In this document: piece after piece, positions 15,810-20,016 of the stretch
Numbering within the stretch: position 1 is the first letter of the stretch
Layout of the letters: every line of letters starts with the position of its first letter
IMG/VR virus record: IMGVR_UViG_3300043112_000040
Source: a virus
Strand: one strand, 5' to 3'
Length of the DNA: 20,016 nucleotides
The notes under the pieces: generated by a model
Told to the model about the DNA's origin: nothing
Databases searched by the model: none
Seen by the model: only the letters and a program-made list of their open reading frames with translations
Position numbers and translations under genes: made by a program

Positions 15810-17240
15810 ATGTCACAAACATTTAGTGCGCTACAATCAGGTGTAACTACCTTTAATCAGTTATACGGAATTATAAACAATAATATTGATGCAATTAGAT
15901 CACAATGGAGTGGTACATCTACTCCCGGTTCTCCTGTTGTTGGGCAACCTTTTTATAATACCACAACTGGAAAAATTACTATTTGGAATGGAACTTCTTG
16001 GATTGATTCAGCAAATACTTCCACGACAGTCCTTGCTAATACTGCTGAAATATTGGCGGCAAGGGGAACGACATCGAGTCTAAATGCTCGTTTGAGTATT
16101 TCCTTGAACGATGATGGTACGCTTAAAGGTGCCGCTCCGGTTGGTGATTGGTGGATGACTGAGGCTGATGATGTTGCTTTTGTCGATGCTTCAACTTTTA
16201 CTGTTTCCGGGGATAAGACTGCAATATATGTAAAAAATAGAGCATTGTATTTAACTCAAACATCTAATGATTATGATTACGTAGTTTCTTCCTCATATAA
16301 TGGTGGAACAGATTTAACCACAGTAGTCACTCTAAATAGTAATGTTGATAGCGGGTTAACTGCTGTTGAATATGGACAACCGCCTAGTAATGCTCCTGTA
16401 GTGACGGTAACTTCTATTGGAGCAGAACCGGCAGACTCAGATATCGTCAAGGCCCCCGGCGGGGTGTTGCCTGCGCTGGATGGCTCCAACCTTACCGGAA
16501 TCAAGGCGGTTGGTGGGGCTAATTATCTTAATTTGTCGGTGGTTACTACCGGCCTTACCTCCCTGGTGGCTATCTCCGTTGAGGAGGTTTCCGTCAAGGA
16601 TGCCTCCGGTGACGCGACCCTGTTGCAGGGGATTAGCCTCACTGGGGATTTGTCCGCGTCCGGTGCCAACGGTCTGGATACTGGCACCGTTGCAACCGAC
16701 ACTTGGTACGCCGTGCATGTGATATACAACCCTACAACTGATACCACCGCTGCTCTGTTATCGCTGTCTCATACTGCTCCGACGCTGCCTGCCGGGTACA
16801 CCTACTCCCGCCGGGTGGGATGGGTCAGGACGGATAGCGTCAATGGGTATCCATTAGCTATTACCCAACATGGAGCACGTGCTACATATACAGACCCAAG
16901 TGCAGCTATATCTGGTGTCAGTGGGTCTATTTCGGCTGGTACCCCCATTGATATGTCTTTGTTTATCCCAACAACTGCAATATCTGTTAATGGGTGGCTG
17001 CGTGTTAACCACGCGGCTGCCTCTGGTCGTCATACGTTACTTGGCATAGTATCAGATTTGTTTACAACAACTAGTGGCGCTGCATATGGTACCATTGGTC
17101 AATATACTTTCACTGCAGCATCTTTGTCTGGTGGCTTGCTGTGGTGCTATCCTGTGGCTATTTTGGATGGTTATCTTTACTATTCATCGACCAGTTCTGG
17201 TGGCGAAATGATTGTAGTACAGTGGGAGGACGTAATATAA
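15810..17240 (+). CDS. Side tail fibre / receptor-binding protein, mosaic
   Basis: Ser/Thr/Gly-rich. N-terminal SG...P..P..GQ.FYNT....IWNG..W anchor, internal GANGLDTG....DTWY.V.VI...PTLPAGYTY.RRVG domain, and a fibre chaperone follows. Confidence 0.85.
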   Translation: MSQTFSALQSGVTTFNQLYGIINNNIDAIRSQWSGTSTPGSPVVGQPFYNTTTGKITIWNGTSWIDSANTSTTVLANTAEILAARGTTSSLNARLSISLNDDGTLKGAAPVGDWWMTEADDVAFVDASTFTVSGDKTAIYVKNRALYLTQTSNDYDYVVSSSYNGGTDLTTVVTLNSNVDSGLTAVEYGQPPSNAPVVTVTSIGAEPADSDIVKAPGGVLPALDGSNLTGIKAVGGANYLNLSVVTTGLTSLVAISVEEVSVKDASGDATLLQGISLTGDLSASGANGLDTGTVATDTWYAVHVIYNPTTDTTAALLSLSHTAPTLPAGYTYSRRVGWVRTDSVNGYPLAITQHGARATYTDPSAAISGVSGSISAGTPIDMSLFIPTTAISVNGWLRVNHAAASGRHTLLGIVSDLFTTTSGAAYGTIGQYTFTAASLSGGLLWCYPVAILDGYLYYSSTSSGGEMIVVQWEDVI

Positions 17241-17569
17241 TGGGATATGCAGTAAGAAACGATGGTGTCTATGGCTGGCGGGTTGTCCGGTCTGCCAAGG
17301 ATTGTAGAGATAATGAGACATATAGCAAAGTCAAGCCCGGCCCCTATGAGCCTACCGACGAGGACAAGGCCGCAGATCTCCGGGCCGAGCGGGACGCTCG
17401 CATTGAGGCCATACGCTGGCGCATCGAGCGCAACCAATCCGAGGTACGACTCGGCCAAACGCCCACCGACGACATTGCCGTGCTGGACGCCTATGTCCAG
17501 GCTCTGCGCGACGTACCCGAGCAAGCCGGGTTCCCCGGTGCGGTGGAGTGGCCGGTTTGCCCTGAATAA
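17240..17569 (+). CDS. Tail fibre assembly chaperone (109 aa)
   Basis: True start is likely ATG 17240 (TAATG overlap, SD GGAGG 17225-17229). R.ERD and Y.QALRDVPEQAGFP..VEWP..P are hallmark motifs. Confidence 0.85.
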   Translation: MGYAVRNDGVYGWRVVRSAKDCRDNETYSKVKPGPYEPTDEDKAADLRAERDARIEAIRWRIERNQSEVRLGQTPTDDIAVLDAYVQALRDVPEQAGFPGAVEWPVCPE

Positions 17570-17580
17570 TCTACCCGGTT

Positions 17581-17632
17581 CCCATAATCACAAAAGCAGA
17601 TACGGGTTCAAATCCCGTATCGTTCCTAACCA
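17581..17632 (+). other. tRNA-like 3' half (CAT anticodon-like loop, T-loop hairpin, CCA)
   Basis: CCCATAA, then perfect stem GATACGGG/CCCGTATC with loop TTCAAAT, then 7 nt + A + CCA. No 5' half is visible. Confidence 0.35.
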
Positions 17633-17657
17633 TTATTTAAATAATATGGAATATGCA

Positions 17658-17981
17658 ATGCAAAAAATATTACAATGGTTATCCTCCTTGTTTAAAGACT
17701 CAGATAATAAGCCCTCTAGTATTAGGGTGTTAACAACTTTCACCGTTATTGTACCTATTATTGCGTGGGTTGTTTATATTTTTGTTAATGAGTGGGTTCC
17801 TATCGGAGAATCTATTGCTTTTCTTATTCTCGGAGCATTAGGCAGTAAAGCTGCTCAAAAATGGGCAGAGAATAGAAGTTCAAATTCATCTATTACTGGT
17901 ATTACTGATGTTACCAAGATTGATTCTTGTACTGGATCATTTAGTGAGTTTAAACAAAATAACAGCAATAAAATAGAATAG
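17658..17981 (+). CDS. Putative holin (two transmembrane segments)
   Basis: PSSIRV followed by two hydrophobic segments and G.KAAQKWAE, at the head of the lysis cluster. Start is ATG 17658 or 17646, not 17262. Confidence 0.7.
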   Translation: MQKILQWLSSLFKDSDNKPSSIRVLTTFTVIVPIIAWVVYIFVNEWVPIGESIAFLILGALGSKAAQKWAENRSSNSSITGITDVTKIDSCTGSFSEFKQNNSNKIE

Positions 17982-17995
17982 AGGATTAGAATAAC

Positions 17996-18409
17996 ATGTT
18001 TGGTACGCTCATATCATTTTTTGGTGGTAAACTTGGAGCCGGAATTACTGGGATGCTTTTAGTTTCCTTGTTACTAGTTTCTTTTTTGTATGGAATGGAA
18101 AAACTATCTCATAGTAATACAAAAATCAAGTATGCTAATGCAATATCAGAATTATCAATAGTTAAATCAAAAAATGAATTACTTAAAAATGATCAACTAG
18201 TCAAAAATAGAGTAATTAGTTCTTTACAAAACCAAAATAATAAGATACAATACAATTTCCAAGAATATAAAAAAACTTCTAATAAGATGCTAAAACTGTG
18301 TCAAGAAGCAAAAGAGGTTCCGGCTTCCAAATCGGGATTAGAGGTGCTTGATGAAGAATCGAATTCTAAATTTATTGATGCTATTAATGCTACTCTTGGG
18401 GTTAATTAG
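17996..18409 (+). CDS. Inner-membrane spanin (Rz-like)
   Basis: N-terminal TM helix and coiled-coil body, SD GAGGA, and its 3' end overlaps a lipoprotein gene. Confidence 0.75.
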   Translation: MFGTLISFFGGKLGAGITGMLLVSLLLVSFLYGMEKLSHSNTKIKYANAISELSIVKSKNELLKNDQLVKNRVISSLQNQNNKIQYNFQEYKKTSNKMLKLCQEAKEVPASKSGLEVLDEESNSKFIDAINATLGVN

Positions 18410-18647
18410 TTGTAGTCCAAGAGTAGTAGAACATACTCTGACTGTTACACAAGTTCCAGTAAAGGTAGCCGCTCCTATTGCCCCCGTATATGAACCATTA
18501 GACAAGAATGAACATATTGGGTCAAAAAAGAATGTAATGATTATTTGGCGTAATTTTGAAGAAGCAGAATCAGCTAGAAAATCAGCCTATGATGCCTATA
18601 AAGCTTATGATGAGCAAATAACGGAGACAAAAGATAATGAGAACTAA
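18351..18647 (+). CDS. Outer-membrane spanin lipoprotein (Rz1-like)
   Basis: Signal peptide MKNRILNLLMLLMLLLGLIS-C with a lipobox and Pro-rich linker. SD GAGGTG at 18341-18346. Confidence 0.8.
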   Translation: MKNRILNLLMLLMLLLGLISCSPRVVEHTLTVTQVPVKVAAPIAPVYEPLDKNEHIGSKKNVMIIWRNFEEAESARKSAYDAYKAYDEQITETKDNEN

Positions 18648-19065
18648 ATATTTTAATATTCAAGAACTTGTTCATCCTTTTTATTATAATAGGTTCGGTA
18701 ACGGAGCTTGGAAATTTCTAAACGAACGTCAATTATATATTATTGATTATCTCAGAGAAGAGATTGATGAACCAATAACAATCAATAATTGGCATGTCGG
18801 GGGAAAGTTAGATTCTTGCGGGCTAAGGCCATTTAACGATCCAGATGGCGCTGAGTTTTCTATCCATAAGTTTGGTGGAGCAACTGATTTGCATTTCAAG
18901 AAGTCTTCTCCAAAATTAGTATATGACTATATTTTAGCAAATGAAAAAAAGTTTTATGATATTGGCATAAGACGTATAGAGAATATAAAGTATACTCCAA
19001 CTTGGCTTCATATTGATTGTGCTAATACTCATGTAGAAAATGAAATTGTTGTGTTTAATGTTTAA
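18637..19065 (+). CDS. Endolysin, peptidase M15 family zinc peptidase
   Basis: CGLR...SIHKFGGATD...WLHID supplies the R, H, D and H catalytic pattern. Single globular domain, SD GGAG. Confidence 0.85.
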   Translation: MRTKYFNIQELVHPFYYNRFGNGAWKFLNERQLYIIDYLREEIDEPITINNWHVGGKLDSCGLRPFNDPDGAEFSIHKFGGATDLHFKKSSPKLVYDYILANEKKFYDIGIRRIENIKYTPTWLHIDCANTHVENEIVVFNV

Positions 19066-19086
19066 ATATAAAATGAGAATAATATA

Positions 19087-19461
19087 ATGGTGGAACAAGC
19101 AAAAAAATTATTGTTCTTTAATGGAGAACTAACTATACGAGATGTATTTTTATTTTTTTCAATAACATTAGCTATTGCTGGATGGTGGCATAAAATAGAA
19201 CTAAATGATGTAACTGCGGAAATGAAGTATAATGGATTACAGGAAAGGGTATGCTATATAGAAAATGAAGCCATACCAAAAGTTATAAAAATGGTTGAAA
19301 GTAATAGGAATCTAGAAGATAAACGGTATGATAGACAGTCGGCTATTATTGCTGAAAATTCAAAAACAAATGCAAAAATAGATATTCTTGTTACAGAAAT
19401 AAAAACATTAAATAATAAGATAAATGATTTGATTGATGGTAAGTACAATATAAAAAAATAA
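19087..19461 (+). CDS. Single-pass membrane protein with coiled-coil C-terminus (possible holin/antiholin)
   Basis: TM segment VFLFFSITLAIAGWW then heptad-rich helix, adjacent to the endolysin. Function is inferred. Confidence 0.55.
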   Translation: MVEQAKKLLFFNGELTIRDVFLFFSITLAIAGWWHKIELNDVTAEMKYNGLQERVCYIENEAIPKVIKMVESNRNLEDKRYDRQSAIIAENSKTNAKIDILVTEIKTLNNKINDLIDGKYNIKK

Positions 19462-19820
19462 AAGTAATCGGATTAGACAGTAATTGGGATTACATTGAAG
19501 AAGACGTTTTACTAAATGGGCAAACACCAGTAGAATTGGGAAATACATACATTAGAATATTCAGATCATATGTAATTCTGTCTGGTAGTAATAAAGGTGC
19601 GGTTGGCATAATATCTATTAGTGATGGCACATTCACTACTGGTTTAGATGGAACAGGAGCGTATAATGCAACAGTTACTCTTACTGATGATGATGCTACT
19701 TGGACTGCACTAACTGCTAGTTCATATAAGTATCAACTAAATTTAACTGATGCTTCTGGTCGTATCTCTATTCCTGTTGATGGAACTCTGACGATCATAG
19801 ATCAAATACCTCAAGCATAG
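19458..19820 (+). CDS. Beta-rich orphan with no canonical start; C-half BppU-N-like; possibly chimeric or a pseudogene
   Basis: Frame is open from 19443 (VQYKKIKVIGLDSNWDYIEEDVLLNGQTPV). C-terminal YKYQLNLTDASG....VDGTLTI resembles BppU N-terminal-type domains. The start is uncertain. Confidence 0.45.
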   Translation: MKVIGLDSNWDYIEEDVLLNGQTPVELGNTYIRIFRSYVILSGSNKGAVGIISISDGTFTTGLDGTGAYNATVTLTDDDATWTALTASSYKYQLNLTDASGRISIPVDGTLTIIDQIPQA

Positions 19821-19831
19821 GAGAATAAATT

Positions 19832-20008
19832 ATGGATAAAATAAAAGAAGAAATAAAAAATGCAACCGATCATGCAATTAAAGAGTTAAAAACAGAAACA
19901 GAAGAAATTGCTGAAGGACTATGGGCAAAAATAGTTAAACGTAAGATTTGTATTATTGGTGGTGCTGGTTTATTTATACTTGGTTTAATAATTGGTTTGC
20001 TAATTTAA
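19832..20008 (+). CDS. 58-aa tail-anchored membrane protein (absent from the ORF track)
   Basis: SD AGGAG 19819-19823, ATG 19832, MDKIKEEIKNATDHAIKELKTETEEIAEGLWAKIVKRKICIIGGAGLFILGLIIGLLI, TAA 20006-20008. Confidence 0.75.
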   Translation: MDKIKEEIKNATDHAIKELKTETEEIAEGLWAKIVKRKICIIGGAGLFILGLIIGLLI

Positions 20009-20016
20009 ACTCTATA

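Noticed and set aside
9483-16722. Short alternative-frame + strand ORFs (9483-9677, 15886-16083, 16417-16722)
   Set aside because: They are nested in real genes and lack SD support or protein-like features.
17141-17239. GTG start for the fibre chaperone
   Set aside because: ATG 17240 has an SD and a TAATG overlap, and the extension lies inside the fibre gene.
16850-17240. Possible DGR variable region or invertible fibre cassette
   Set aside because: No template repeat, reverse transcriptase, invertase or inverted crossover sites were seen in this window.
17540-17632. Complete functional tRNA gene
   Set aside because: No D-arm, 5' acceptor strand or paired anticodon stem is present. It is kept only as a tRNA-like fragment.
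17262-17645. N-terminal 128 aa of the 239-aa ORF 17262-17981
   Set aside because: It overlaps the fibre chaperone in a GC-rich, stop-poor stretch. The holin-like part starts at 17646 or 17658.
226-19448. All minus-strand ORFs in the track (for example 8608-9078, 11887-12348, 13978-14565)
   Set aside because: They are antisense shadows of well-supported + strand genes and have no recognisable motifs.
1-20016. CRISPR array, tail sheath, integrase or in-frame stop recoding
   Set aside because: No regular repeats, sheath or recombinase genes were seen, and genes are full length under code 11.

Overview
This window is the late (morphogenesis and lysis) operon of a tailed dsDNA phage or prophage, with all genes on the + strand. 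A siphovirus with a lambda-like tail tip and a diderm (Gram-negative) host is inferred, the host type from the spanins. Gene order: 3' part of a gpE-like major capsid gene, terminator, HNH endonuclease, head-completion and neck genes, major tail tube, terminator, tail chaperone G/GT pair, tape measure, a second tube-like protein, Dit/gpM, gpL, NlpC/P60, a gpI-gpJ fusion, side fibre plus chaperone, then holin, spanins, an M15 endolysin and small membrane or orphan genes. The most notable observations are: a shrunken, degenerate GT2 glycosyltransferase-like gene in the neck cluster; a diverged tail-tube paralog after the tape measure; extra domains inserted in both capsid and tail tube; a -1 frameshift site; a mosaic GC-rich fibre cassette ending at a tRNA-like 3' half; a start-less ORF reachable by an A7 slip; and no TGA among 27 stop codons. 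All family assignments come from motifs and synteny read by eye. No searches were run.
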